Assembly (NCBI GenBank): GCA_036478235.1
Contig: JAZGDZ010000040.1
Location: 12,841-76,840, forward strand
Reading direction: 5' to 3'
Source of the DNA: Acidimicrobiia bacterium
GTDB lineage: Bacteria > Actinomycetota > Acidimicrobiia > Spongiisociales > UBA11373
DNA: 64,000 nt
This document shows, one piece after another, positions 48,776 through 58,325 of the stretch (position 1 is the stretch's first letter; every line of letters begins with the position of its first letter). The position numbers and the translations under genes were made by a program. The notes below the pieces were generated by a model that saw only the letters and a program-made list of their open reading frames with translations, did no database searches and had not been told where the DNA came from.

Positions 48776-50914
48776 TCCCACCCGGCGTTTGCGGCGAACG
48801 GCCCACACAGCCAGACCGACGATCGTGCCCAGCGACAGCAGCTTCCCGACGGTCTCAAAAATCCGATCCTTGAACTCGATGACCACATCCGGTTCAGTGG
48901 GCACGACGATCATGAGGGAAGGAGCCGCCCGATAGGGACCGCTCGCCCCTGTGGCCACCCAGTTGGGGAACCAGGAGACCTTCACCAGGTGGGGCACACC
49001 GATCGCCGTCGTCGTGAACGAGATTCGGTGGTCGTCGAGGACCACGTCGGTGACCGCCGTCGCGGCGGAGAGGCGCCGGCGGCTCAGCAGGGCGACGTCG
49101 TCGATGCGCCTCCACGCCTCGGGCCCCGACTCGACGATCCACCTGTCGAGCCCGTTGACGTTGTCGTACCACTCGAGGGCCGCATCGACGAACGACTCTT
49201 CGCCCGCCCACACCACAGGTTCGAACGCCCCGATCTCGACCAGAGGGGTCTCCGGCAACCGGAACACCGTGAAGGGCTTCGAGAGGGCCGCGACGTCGAG
49301 GCCGTACTCGTGAGCGGCTTGTGTGGCGGATTCGGTGAACGAAACGTAGTAAGCGACGTCATACACCGCCAGGTGCTTGACCGCCCGATCGAAGTCCATC
49401 CCCGAGTATGGAAGTCCCGGGATCGGGTTGGAGGGTCGCTGGCTCACCTCCGAAGCATTGACGAAGTGAAACGGTGTTGTGAGCGACGACTCGAAGAGCA
49501 GGCCTTCCATCGACGGATGCCCCTCCGACCAGTACCCGGTCAGCATGAGCGCCATCGGAGTGCCGTATCGGTTGAGATCGCTGTTGGCCTCCCACATGAC
49601 CCTCCCATCGGGGAGCCGGTCGAGCGTCGCCATCAGCCCGGAGTACTCGGACCAGCAGTCGCCCTGGATCTGCTCGCCGTCTTCGCCGCATTCGATGGCG
49701 GCCTTGTCCTCGTACCCGCTGAAGTTCCAGCCCGCCCACTTGGGCGCCTTGTTGATCCCGAGCCCGGCTGCCGTGAGGAAGAAGACCGCGCCGATCGCGG
49801 CTGCCACCCACCTCACCTCGGGGCCACCACGCAACCGCACCGCCATCGACCGCGCCGCCGCACCGACCGCCACCCCGGCGAGAACGAAGGCCGTGAAGTA
49901 CCAGAACGGGAGGAGACGAGCGTTGTATAACTTTCGGAAGTCGAGGTACTCGATGATGAAGTAGCCGGCGACCGGCAGCACCAGCAGGGCGATCGTCGGC
50001 CCGAGCGTGGCCCGCCGCCATATCGCGTAGATGACGCCGGCCGCAGCGAGGACCAGCACCGGCCACAACTCCCGCGGAAAGACGGCCTCGAAGCCCTTCA
50101 CCGGAAACCATTTCATGTCGGTCGTGTACGACAGCGTCGCCAACAGCGGAAGGGCCCAGAAAGCGGAGATGCCGAAACCGACCGCCCAGCCGCCGGCGAG
50201 CGTTGTGGGACCGCGACGCTTGAACAGGAGCGGGAGAGAAACCAGCACGATGACCGCGGTCGTGATCAAGTGACTGAGCGCGGTGAGGGCAAGAATGATG
50301 CCCGTTCCGACCGTAAACCCTCTCCCCTCCCTCAGGTTGCCCATCAGCATCCCCAGGTAGAGGAACGCGAAGGCAAACGACCAGGAGAACGAATACTCCC
50401 CGGCCAGCGTCGACAAGGTATTCCCGCCGAAGATCGAAAACGACTCCATGAAGACGAACGTTCCGCCGGCGACTCCGGCTACCACAGCCACCGATCGGGC
50501 GAATCCCATCCCCCTGGCGAACACGTAGGCGGCGAACGGGAGCGCCACCAGCCCGGCCACCGTCACGAGTTTGAAGGCGACTCCATAGGGCAGGAACACA
50601 TCGAGCAGCACGATGGTGAACGCCGGCAGCGGGAAGTAGAAGTAGAGGACCGGAAAGCCGGCGTACCAGTCGTTGCTCCACCCCAGAAGGCGCCCACCGG
50701 GGAGCAGGCTGTCGCGCACATAGGCCGGGACCAGAACGTGAGCCCCCATGTCGCCTCCGGCCGGAGTGTTGGCGAGGAAGATGCGATCTGGGCGCATGTA
50801 CCCGAATGCCATCGCCGCGCCGAGCGCCAGGATCGCAGGCACGACGAACCTCAGCCACGGCCTGGTCGAGTCGGGCCGGGTCAGACGCGGCGGAGCCTGA
50901 GTCGAGGCGGTCAC
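48761..50914 (-). CDS. Large polytopic membrane protein (717 aa), candidate GT-C fold glycosyltransferase using the lipid-linked sugar made by the adjacent GT2
   Basis: About 11 N-terminal TM helices, then a ~330-aa extracytoplasmic domain, then a C-terminal TM anchor. Convergent with the Ppm1-like GT2. No recognisable named family at sequence level. Confidence 0.5.
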   Translation of the reverse strand: MTASTQAPPRLTRPDSTRPWLRFVVPAILALGAAMAFGYMRPDRIFLANTPAGGDMGAHVLVPAYVRDSLLPGGRLLGWSNDWYAGFPVLYFYFPLPAFTIVLLDVFLPYGVAFKLVTVAGLVALPFAAYVFARGMGFARSVAVVAGVAGGTFVFMESFSIFGGNTLSTLAGEYSFSWSFAFAFLYLGMLMGNLREGRGFTVGTGIILALTALSHLITTAVIVLVSLPLLFKRRGPTTLAGGWAVGFGISAFWALPLLATLSYTTDMKWFPVKGFEAVFPRELWPVLVLAAAGVIYAIWRRATLGPTIALLVLPVAGYFIIEYLDFRKLYNARLLPFWYFTAFVLAGVAVGAAARSMAVRLRGGPEVRWVAAAIGAVFFLTAAGLGINKAPKWAGWNFSGYEDKAAIECGEDGEQIQGDCWSEYSGLMATLDRLPDGRVMWEANSDLNRYGTPMALMLTGYWSEGHPSMEGLLFESSLTTPFHFVNASEVSQRPSNPIPGLPYSGMDFDRAVKHLAVYDVAYYVSFTESATQAAHEYGLDVAALSKPFTVFRLPETPLVEIGAFEPVVWAGEESFVDAALEWYDNVNGLDRWIVESGPEAWRRIDDVALLSRRRLSAATAVTDVVLDDHRISFTTTAIGVPHLVKVSWFPNWVATGASGPYRAAPSLMIVVPTEPDVVIEFKDRIFETVGKLLSLGTIVGLAVWAVRRKRRVGLEVA

Positions 50915-50954
50915 GGTCTCAGCAGGCTAACGCCGCGGCCTGCCAAAGGGTTCA

Positions 50955-51085
50955 GAGAGGGCGCGCCGACAGGCGCGAACTCGGCGGCCTGGGGCTGGGG
51001 CCCCCGGGCCGCACAGCGATGAGCCGTATGGCGAAGAGCCATCGACAATGCTGAGAGCGTCCGCCTATTTGCGGACGCTCTCAGC
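50955..51085. repeat. Copy of repeat module (AGAGAGGGCGCGCCGACAGGCGCGAACTCGGCGGCCTGGGGCTGGGG...CAGCGATGAGCCGTATGGCGAAGAGCCATCGACAA) plus a 15-bp-stem hairpin GCTGAGAGCGTCCGC-ctattt-GCGGACGCTCTCAGC
   Basis: Direct reading. The hairpin abuts or overlaps the stop codon of the 51081-51278 gene, so it is a likely terminator. Confidence 0.85.
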
Positions 51086-51278
51086 GGCGTCGGGCCTTCT
51101 CCAGGACGGTCGTCAGGTCCAGGACCTTGGCGCCCGACTTCCACCAGCGATGCTCACACCGGTGGCAGGAGTTGAACGTCACATCAGACTCGTCCGGAAG
51201 AGTGATCTCGATCTGGATCGCATCGGTGGCCCCACACTCGGAGCACTCGATGGTCACGGGCTCGCTTCTCGGGCTCAT
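51081..51278 (-). CDS. Small 4-Cys zinc-ribbon protein (65 aa)
   Basis: MSPRSEPVTIECSECGATDAIQIEITLPDESDVTFNSCHRCEHRWW... CxxC-x22-CxxC. ATGA-coupled to the upstream gene. Confidence 0.55.
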   Translation of the reverse strand: MSPRSEPVTIECSECGATDAIQIEITLPDESDVTFNSCHRCEHRWWKSGAKVLDLTTVLEKARRR

Positions 51279-51604
51279 TCCCTTCCTCCTGTGTCTGCAA
51301 TCCGGGCAGGCTCGGCATCGAGAACCCGGTCATCGTCTCGCTCATCCTCCAGCTTCCCCACGTAGCGGGAATGCCGCCTTCCGCCTTCGCGCCAGAACGC
51401 GTACCAGTACGGACCGTGAGGACATTTTGTGCACGACTCCTTGCCGCACCGCACCCACTGTTGCCGCAAACGTACGCTCGGCCCTCCGGTTTCGAAGGCC
51501 ACCCCGTGGTTCTCGAGCCGCGCCTTGGCGAGGATGACGAGCCGGCGCAGATCGTGCTCATCCATCTCGCGGACGGCCTCGAGGACGTCACGATCGATCG
51601 GCAC
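51275..51604 (-). CDS. Hypothetical protein with a CGKESCTKCPHGPYWYAFWREGGR zinc-finger-like motif
   Basis: 109 aa. A conserved-looking C-x4-C-x2-C-x-HGPYWY segment. Confidence 0.55.
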   Translation of the reverse strand: MPIDRDVLEAVREMDEHDLRRLVILAKARLENHGVAFETGGPSVRLRQQWVRCGKESCTKCPHGPYWYAFWREGGRRHSRYVGKLEDERDDDRVLDAEPARIADTGGRE

Positions 51605-51607
51605 CGG

Positions 51608-51835
51608 TCAGGCGACTTCGAGCGAGACGAACAGCGGCCGTACCGCGGTCCGGCGATCGACCAGGGTCCATCCGACCGGCGGGGTCAGACGGCCGGCATG
51701 CTCCTCGCACATCGGATAGCCGGCTCCGGGCATGATCGGATCGGCCAGGTCGTCAAGCCACAACAGCCGATCGTCGTAGGCGAACGACATGACGATTCCG
51801 GCCGGGGCGGCGCAACGGACGCAGTGCTCGGTCAT
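51608..51835 (-). CDS. DUF3499 family protein
   Basis: MTEHCVRCAAPAGIVMSFAYDDRLLWLDDL...PMCEEHAGRLTPPVGWTLVDRR. Resembles the conserved actinobacterial small protein encoded near manB. Confidence 0.65.
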   Translation of the reverse strand: MTEHCVRCAAPAGIVMSFAYDDRLLWLDDLADPIMPGAGYPMCEEHAGRLTPPVGWTLVDRRTAVRPLFVSLEVA

Positions 51836-51922
51836 AGCCGGGAAGATTAATCACATAGATGTGATTAGCGGTGGAGGCAACCCGATCGCGGGCCCGCCCT
51901 CCGAGAGAATGTCGGTCAGCCC

Positions 51923-52092
51923 GCCAGGAGTCTGCTGAGTAATGCCGTTGCTCAGATCGGCGGCCAGACGCGCCACTCGCCAGGACCTCGGATTCGCCAC
52001 TCCTCGCGCAGGAATGGCGGGACCGAGGACACCGCGAGCGGTGATGGATGGTCGCCGAGATGAGTGACATGTATTGCTCAGCGGGCTCCTAG
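51923..52092. mobile_element. Short (~170 bp) derivative of the 40323-40670 MITE-like element with the same termini
   Basis: gccaggagtctgctgagtaatgccgttgctcag...gagatgagtgacatgtattgctcagcgggctcctag. Its right end supplies the last 5 codons and the TGA of the 52078-52458 gene. Confidence 0.7.
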
Positions 52093-52458
52093 CCTCACCG
52101 CGCTCCGCAGCCTGCGCCTTGAAACCTTCCCGGCGAGACGAGCCAGTTCGACGCCGTCCGCATCCCTCACCACGACCAGTGGTACCCCGATCACCCCAAC
52201 GCGGCGCTGCAGGTCGGGGGAATCCGAATAAGAGATCTCCCTGTAGTCGACACCGAGACGGTCGAGTTCGGCCCGCACCGCGTCGCATCTCGAACACACG
52301 GAGTCGCTGAAGAAGAGGATGCGCCCCTCGACACCGGTCAGATGAAGCGCCGTCCGCAGCACATTTCGCCGATCTCGGCTACGGGCGGCCGCGGCGACGA
52401 GCAGGGCGACACCAAGTGCCCCGCCCACCAGCGCCACCCGGGGAAGGAGCTCAATCAT
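52078..52458 (-). CDS. Membrane-anchored glutaredoxin/thioredoxin-like protein
   Basis: N-terminal TM (LLPRVALVGGALGVALLVAAAA), CxxC (FFSDSVCSRCDAV), glutaredoxin-like fold. Confidence 0.65.
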   Translation of the reverse strand: MIELLPRVALVGGALGVALLVAAAARSRDRRNVLRTALHLTGVEGRILFFSDSVCSRCDAVRAELDRLGVDYREISYSDSPDLQRRVGVIGVPLVVVRDADGVELARLAGKVSRRRLRSAVRLGAR

Positions 52459-53782
52459 CGACGACGGGGAGGCCCCCCGAGAAAGCGGCCCCCGACGGTC
52501 CTTGGATCGACCATGCCGCGGTGAAGGGATCCGAGGCCTCGACCAACACACCCAGGGCATCGGGCTCGACGATCTGGATGGCTACCTGCGTCCCGGGCTC
52601 GACGAGAATCTGGGTGTTGATTGCGGCGACGCCGGTCAGCTCACTGACCGTGACTGAAATCTGCTCGAAGCTCGAGTTGAGCAGCCACAGCGTCCCCTCG
52701 TTGAGGCCGAGGGTGCGCAGACCGGGCAAGAGCCAGGTCCGCGCGGTGACCGGGGCGCCGCCCGTCACGGCGGTCCCGGCTCCTCCCGCCGCCACCACAC
52801 CGGCAACGACCGGGGTGGAAGCCGCCACCCGGACGCCGACCACGTCGTCGGTCACTTCACCGAGGCCGATCCGCAGCGGGGCCTCCGGGGGCACGGTGAA
52901 CTCGAATGCAGCCCGCTGTGGTCCCTCGCTGGTGTACAGATCGACGGTGACGGTGACATCGACGAGATTGGGGTTTCCGACGACGATCGCAGCGTCTTCG
53001 AGACCAGCGACCCGAGCAACGGGAAATTCCCACTCTGTGGACAGGTCGGTTCCCAACCACCAGGCCTCGTCCTCTCCCGCGGTGTAAGACATGGCGGGCA
53101 CCACCAGCCCTTCGTCGACCCGTACCGAGATGATCAGAGCCTGGCGCTGACGCAGCATCTCCTCGAAGTCGATATCGCGCCACGACCGCGGGTTGATCGA
53201 GATCGACCGCAACTCGCCCAGTGCCTCGACCCCGATCTCACTGAATCCCGTCACCGTGACCTTCGCCGTCTCCGGGAACGGGTTGAAGAGGCGCAGCCTC
53301 ATCTTCTCCCCGACGAGTGTCGAACCGCCCGCAAAGAACCACTCGTCGGGCCCCTGGGCGACACAAGTGTCCGCCGTGACAACGTCGCCGATGACCGTTA
53401 CGCCGACCGCCGCAGGCCCATCGCTGAACTCCACGAAGCCCGGCGAATCCCCCCGCTGGGCGATGTCCGACAGGGTCACCACTGCTGCTCCCGGCCCCAA
53501 CGTCTCGACCGAGGCCTCGTCCGGTGGTTCACCCGGAATCGCCACCGGAAGTGTGAATTCGGCGTCGGCATCGGTCAGCGTCGCCACACCGAAGAACGAG
53601 TCTCGAGATGCGTTTGCTTGGGCCCACGGGCAATACCAGATGCTGGCGTCGACCGGTGACTCGATCCCGGGCCGGATGATCACCAGGCTGGCGAGAGGAT
53701 CGGGCGGTGCCTCAGGAGCCGGCAGGATCGCCGCGATCCCGCCGAGACCGAGGACTAGCCCGACAACGAGAAGGCGCCTCAC
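52451..53782 (-). CDS. Secreted or anchored hypothetical protein (443 aa)
   Basis: N-terminal signal-anchor MRRLLVVGLVLGLGGIAAIL, beta-rich. GTG start overlapping the stop of the upstream GT gene (GTGA). Confidence 0.5.
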   Translation of the reverse strand: MRRLLVVGLVLGLGGIAAILPAPEAPPDPLASLVIIRPGIESPVDASIWYCPWAQANASRDSFFGVATLTDADAEFTLPVAIPGEPPDEASVETLGPGAAVVTLSDIAQRGDSPGFVEFSDGPAAVGVTVIGDVVTADTCVAQGPDEWFFAGGSTLVGEKMRLRLFNPFPETAKVTVTGFSEIGVEALGELRSISINPRSWRDIDFEEMLRQRQALIISVRVDEGLVVPAMSYTAGEDEAWWLGTDLSTEWEFPVARVAGLEDAAIVVGNPNLVDVTVTVDLYTSEGPQRAAFEFTVPPEAPLRIGLGEVTDDVVGVRVAASTPVVAGVVAAGGAGTAVTGGAPVTARTWLLPGLRTLGLNEGTLWLLNSSFEQISVTVSELTGVAAINTQILVEPGTQVAIQIVEPDALGVLVEASDPFTAAWSIQGPSGAAFSGGLPVVDD

Positions 53783-56586
53783 ATCCTCCCCCTCGCCGTC
53801 CGTCGCACTGCAACCCCGGCCCCGATGAGGAACAGCCACACAAGCGCACCGATCGCGGCCGCTCGTCTCGGACGGTAACTCGCAAAGGACACTTCGTCGC
53901 CCGCATCCGACACCCGGTTGCCCCAGTCGGCCTGCGACCACTCCCCGGGCCCCCACCTGAAGTCGGCGTTGGCCGCCACAAATACCTCCCCACCCGACCT
54001 TCCCGACGGCGCGGCGAACCCTGAGCCGGACGGCGACCACACGTCCCCGTCGGGCGAGATCGCAATCGCCGCTACGACCTCGTTCCTGAACACGGGGAAG
54101 TCGAGGGACCGAAGCGTGACGAGATCGAGCTGGGATTCGAACACCTGCTCGAGCGGGCTGGGCTCGGTGAATGCGATCCACCCGATCCCGAAGCCGGCCA
54201 GTTCCGCTCCGGCGCGGCGCGAGCGGCCGTCGACGATGTCCTCGAGGGCGCCGTGCAGCGCCTCATCGCCGATCCGCTCCTGGTTGAGGTAGGCCTCCCA
54301 AGAAGCGGGGAAAGGGGGGACGAACACCCGGTAACCGATGCCGTCGAGGTCGCGGGCCGTGCCGGGCAGACCCTCGGCAGGGCCGAACAAGAGCACTCGG
54401 CTCGGTGGCACCCCCTCGGGGGCGGCGAAATTAAATTTTCCGGTGAGCTCGTCCTCCGGTAGGCCGGCGCGGCCGGGGCCGGCCAGCGCCAGAGTCCCCA
54501 GGATCAGGACCACCGCTCCAGCTCCGGCCACCACTGCGGCCACCGGGCGCAGACCCCCGAAGTCGCGCCTTCGCACCGCTGCCTCGAACGCCGCTCCGGC
54601 CGCGACCGCCACCCCGAGCCCGTTGAGAACGAGCCCCGCCAGCAGCGTGTCGACCCCGGCACCGAGTTCCCCGCTCCGCGCCACCAGCGCGCCGCTCACC
54701 GCCATCACCGCTCCCCACGAGCCCACGGCCGAGATCGTCCGGTCACCGGCCAGGACCGCACCGAGCGCTGCCGCCGCCACCGCCGCCACCGCCGGCCAGG
54801 CCGGCTCCCAGAAGGCGGGGGAGCCGGATTGCAGGAGCCGAGCCGGGTCCACGTAGAGCACCCAGGGCAGCAAGAAAGGAAGGGCAAGAGCGGTCGCCAC
54901 CGCGGCCCTCCCGACGGCGGCGAATCGGTCGCCGACGCCGAGCATTGCCCACAGTGTTACTGCAACCAGCGGAACGACGAGCGCGACCGGCGCGAACACG
55001 GCGACCACGCCTACGGCAAACGTCACTCCGGCGAGGGCTGCAATCCGATCTATCAGCGATTTCCGCGGCGGGGCGAGGGCCGCACGCACCGCCCAGGGTG
55101 CCGCCGCCATAGCCGGGATGATCGTCCAATGGCTGGCTCCGGTGGCCGCGATGATCGCCGGCCCTGCCATGAGGATCGTGCCGGCGAAGTAGCCCGAAGC
55201 CGAGCCGATTCCCCACGTACGCAGCAACCGCCCGACGCCAAACGCTCCAAAGAGAAAGGACGAGACGGTGACGACTGCCACCGCCAGCCCTCCGCTCCCG
55301 AAGGCGACGAGCTGCACGAGCGCCACGGCCCCGATCGCCGGGCGCATCGCCTCAGGCGAGCCGAGCCCGGCCGGGTTCCATCCCCCCGCATACGCCTGCA
55401 GGGTGTCGCCGGCAGAATCGGGCGGGGGGAGCGAGAAGCCGACCAGCGGAAGATGATCGGTCCAGACCTCTCGCGTGGCGACCAGAGCAAACAGCACCAC
55501 GAGAAACCCGACGAAGAACGCCGGGTGGCGGATCCGCTGCTGTCCCGCCTCGACCGCTTCGGCGAACCCGGAGAGGATTCCCTCCGGGAACCGATCCCGC
55601 ACCCGCGTCAGGGTCTCGTCCCAGAGCGCCCGCAACCGGGCAGAACCCGCCACCTGGTATCGAAACAGCTCCTCGTCACCGCACTCCCGTCCCCGACGCG
55701 CCTGGATGCGTTGCCGGACCGCGCTCGGCAGGCGGGGAATGTTCCAGAGCCACGCCGCGAGGACTCCGGGAAGGAGGAAGCGACCGAACAACACTCCAAC
55801 GGTCCCCTCGACCAACCCGACCAGCAACGTGAGCGGAAGGGCCCACAACAGAGTGATTGGGCTGTACGCCTTGATCATCGCCCTGATTTCGCCGGCGCGC
55901 TCCCTCCAGTCGTGAGCTTGGTCCGAGCCGGCGAAGCCGACCACCGCGCCGGGAACGACGACCACCCGAGCGCCCCGCAGCCGGGCCCGCTGGCAGAAGT
56001 CGATCGCCGCCGCCGTCGGAGCCATCGACTGGTCGATCCCCCCAAGACCGTGGTAGAGATCCCGCCTGATGAGCACCGATATTCCCGATACCGCGGCGAC
56101 GTCTCGAATTACGTCGTATTGGGCCTGATCCACCTCGTCGGGCTGCAGCCCGCTGTAGGGGGCATCGAAGACGTCGGTGGCGTAACCCACCGCCACCAGC
56201 CGCTCCGGCTCGTCGATGTCGACGATCTTGGAACCCGCCACGGATGCATCCACCCGGATCGAGTCCTGGACGAGCACCCGCAGCGCCTGCGGATCGGGGA
56301 CGGCCTGCTGCCGCAGCGCCCAGACGAAGGTGAACTCCGGCCCGACCGACGAAACGGCCGCACGAAGGTTCGGCCGCCACATCGCTTCGAACTCCCCCGC
56401 CACATGGCGAACGTCATCGTCGCCGCCAACGACGAAGACACGGGCGGCCCCGTACACTTGCTCGCCGATCGAGGTCAGGCAGCGCCGCAGGGCAACGGGG
56501 TCGGATGCGGAAACGACCGCAGCAACCTGAGGCGCGACGTGACGTTCAGCCGGCACGGTGGAGTCGTTGGACATTCGTCCCAGCAT
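53779..56586 (-). CDS. Fusion of an N-terminal GT2 glycosyltransferase domain with a large C-terminal polytopic membrane domain (935 aa)
   Basis: GT2 region AAVVSASDPVALRRCLTSIGEQ...DQAQYDVIRDVAAVSGISVLIRR, followed by more than 12 TM helices. Confidence 0.7.
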   Translation of the reverse strand: MLGRMSNDSTVPAERHVAPQVAAVVSASDPVALRRCLTSIGEQVYGAARVFVVGGDDDVRHVAGEFEAMWRPNLRAAVSSVGPEFTFVWALRQQAVPDPQALRVLVQDSIRVDASVAGSKIVDIDEPERLVAVGYATDVFDAPYSGLQPDEVDQAQYDVIRDVAAVSGISVLIRRDLYHGLGGIDQSMAPTAAAIDFCQRARLRGARVVVVPGAVVGFAGSDQAHDWRERAGEIRAMIKAYSPITLLWALPLTLLVGLVEGTVGVLFGRFLLPGVLAAWLWNIPRLPSAVRQRIQARRGRECGDEELFRYQVAGSARLRALWDETLTRVRDRFPEGILSGFAEAVEAGQQRIRHPAFFVGFLVVLFALVATREVWTDHLPLVGFSLPPPDSAGDTLQAYAGGWNPAGLGSPEAMRPAIGAVALVQLVAFGSGGLAVAVVTVSSFLFGAFGVGRLLRTWGIGSASGYFAGTILMAGPAIIAATGASHWTIIPAMAAAPWAVRAALAPPRKSLIDRIAALAGVTFAVGVVAVFAPVALVVPLVAVTLWAMLGVGDRFAAVGRAAVATALALPFLLPWVLYVDPARLLQSGSPAFWEPAWPAVAAVAAAALGAVLAGDRTISAVGSWGAVMAVSGALVARSGELGAGVDTLLAGLVLNGLGVAVAAGAAFEAAVRRRDFGGLRPVAAVVAGAGAVVLILGTLALAGPGRAGLPEDELTGKFNFAAPEGVPPSRVLLFGPAEGLPGTARDLDGIGYRVFVPPFPASWEAYLNQERIGDEALHGALEDIVDGRSRRAGAELAGFGIGWIAFTEPSPLEQVFESQLDLVTLRSLDFPVFRNEVVAAIAISPDGDVWSPSGSGFAAPSGRSGGEVFVAANADFRWGPGEWSQADWGNRVSDAGDEVSFASYRPRRAAAIGALVWLFLIGAGVAVRRTARGRM

Positions 56587-56603
56587 TCTATGGAGGGTCC
56601 CCG

Positions 56604-57524
56604 ATGAGCCGAACCACTCTCCTCGCCGGTGGAGTCGGAGGAGCGCGGCTCGCCAGGGGACTCGCTGCCGTTCTCGAACCGGCCGAACTCACAGTCATCG
56701 TCAACGTGGGCGACGACGACATGATCTACGGGACCTACGTCGCCACCGACCTCGATACCGTGACCTATACGCTCGCCGGCCGCCAGGGACCGCATGGCTG
56801 GGGACTGACCGACGACACGTTCACGGTGATGGCTGCGCTCGAGGCGCTCGGGCTGGACACCCGCTTCAGGTTGGGCGACAACGACCTCGCCACTTGCCTC
56901 TTGCGCACAGCCGCACTCGACGGAGGCGAGCCGTTGTCGAGAGTGACCGCAACGATCTGCGACGCCCTGGGAGTGCGTTCGCAGGTGCTCCCGGCGAGCG
57001 ACGATCCGATCCGCACCAAGCTGCTGTCGGCAAGCGGGGAATGGCTCGACTTCCAGGAGTACTTCGTGCGACGCGGCCACCAGGACGAGATAACTTCGAT
57101 CCGGTACGAGGGAGCCGCCACGGCGACCCCGGCTCCCGGCGTGCTCGAAGCCACCACGGACGCCGATCTAGTGATCATCGCTCCGTCGAATCCACCGCTC
57201 TCGATTCATCCCATCCTGGCCGTTGATGCCATCTCCGCAGCGGTGCGGGCCGCCGAGCGAGTCATCGCGGTGAGTCCCCTCTTTGGAGGTAAGGCGCTCA
57301 AAGGTCCGGCGGACCGCGTCATGGCCTCTCTCGGGCTGCCGGCGGGCAATGCCGGGGTGCTGGCCGCCTACGAGGGACTGCTCAGCGACCTCGTGGTCGA
57401 CATCGGTGACTCCGATGACGTCGACGAGCTGGGAGGAATGGTGGCCGTCCACGCCACAGACACCCGGTTCGCAGAAGCCGGGGCCGCGGCTCGGTTCGCA
57501 ACGTGGCTGCTGGGCCTGCCGTGA
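56604..57524 (+). CDS. fbiA: 2-phospho-L-lactate transferase (CofD/FbiA)
   Basis: MSRTTLLAGGVGGARLARGL...VIVNVGDDD...SNPPLSIHPIL. Confidence 0.88.
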   Translation: MSRTTLLAGGVGGARLARGLAAVLEPAELTVIVNVGDDDMIYGTYVATDLDTVTYTLAGRQGPHGWGLTDDTFTVMAALEALGLDTRFRLGDNDLATCLLRTAALDGGEPLSRVTATICDALGVRSQVLPASDDPIRTKLLSASGEWLDFQEYFVRRGHQDEITSIRYEGAATATPAPGVLEATTDADLVIIAPSNPPLSIHPILAVDAISAAVRAAERVIAVSPLFGGKALKGPADRVMASLGLPAGNAGVLAAYEGLLSDLVVDIGDSDDVDELGGMVAVHATDTRFAEAGAAARFATWLLGLP

Positions 57525-58225
57525 CGCTCTGCATCCACCCCCTGGAGGGCATCCCGGAGATCCAGCGGGGTGATGACCTGGCCACAGTGATTCTCGACTC
57601 CATCGAGCGGAGCGGGCTGCATCTTCAAGATGGAGACGTGCTGGTCGTCACGCACAAGATCGTGTCGAAGGCCGAGGGCGCGGTGGTCGCACTCGGGAAA
57701 GGGGATGACGACGCCTACCGCCGGATTGTCCTTGATGAGGCTGCTGAGATCCTGCGGCGCCGAGGGAATCTGGTGATCGCCCGAACCAGGCACGGGTTCA
57801 TCTGCGCCAATGCCGGGGTCGATCGATCCAACGCCGCCGACGGAACCGCGGTGCTGCTTCCCTCCGACCCGGACCGATCAGCCCACGCCATCCGGATGGC
57901 GCTCCAGGCGGTGACCGGAGCCCTCGTGGCCGTGATCGTCTCGGACACATTCGGGCGCCCATGGCGGCGCGGGCTGGTCGATGTCGCCATCGGCCTCTCC
58001 GGGATCGACGCCCTCCTCGACTTGAAGGGCACACCCGACGCCTCGGGCCGGGAGCTCCACGCCACCGAGATCGCCCTCATCGACGAGATCGCTGCGGCGG
58101 CGGACCTAGTGATGGGCAAGGCGGCGGCGATTCCCGCAGCCCTCCTCAGAGGGCTGGCGATTCCTCCCGGCGACGGCCGGGCGACAGACCTGGTGCGACC
58201 GGCCGAAGAGGACCTGTTCAGGTAG
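57521..58225 (+). CDS. cofE: Coenzyme F420-0:L-glutamate ligase (CofE domain only, no nitroreductase-like FbiB C-domain)
   Basis: GTG start in a GTGA overlap with fbiA. ...LVVTHKIVSKAEG...ICANAGVDRSN. Confidence 0.8.
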   Translation: MTLCIHPLEGIPEIQRGDDLATVILDSIERSGLHLQDGDVLVVTHKIVSKAEGAVVALGKGDDDAYRRIVLDEAAEILRRRGNLVIARTRHGFICANAGVDRSNAADGTAVLLPSDPDRSAHAIRMALQAVTGALVAVIVSDTFGRPWRRGLVDVAIGLSGIDALLDLKGTPDASGRELHATEIALIDEIAAAADLVMGKAAAIPAALLRGLAIPPGDGRATDLVRPAEEDLFR

Positions 58226-58230
58226 CGATT

Positions 58231-58305
58231 GGCAACTAAATTCCCGGCCGTGACGCCATTAGCCGTTAGGCGCTAACCATTAGCACTTGCAGCTTGCCTT
58301 CGAGA
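58231..58305. repeat. Heptamer-based repeats and a near-palindrome (CATTAGC/CGTTAGG/CGCTAAC/CATTAGC, ACTTGCA/GCTTGCC) in the fpg upstream region
   Basis: ggcaactaaattcccggccgtgacgccattagccgttaggcgctaaccattagcacttgcagcttgcc. Confidence 0.75.
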
Positions 58306-58325
58306 ATGGCGCCAGACTCAAGAGG

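Noticed and set aside
51081-51835. WhiB2-like transcription factor expected at this syntenic position
   Set aside because: None of the three small proteins shows the WhiB C-x(n)-C-x2-C-x5-C cysteine spacing or the C-terminal AT-hook-like basic tail. They are called generic zinc-ribbon/DUF proteins instead.
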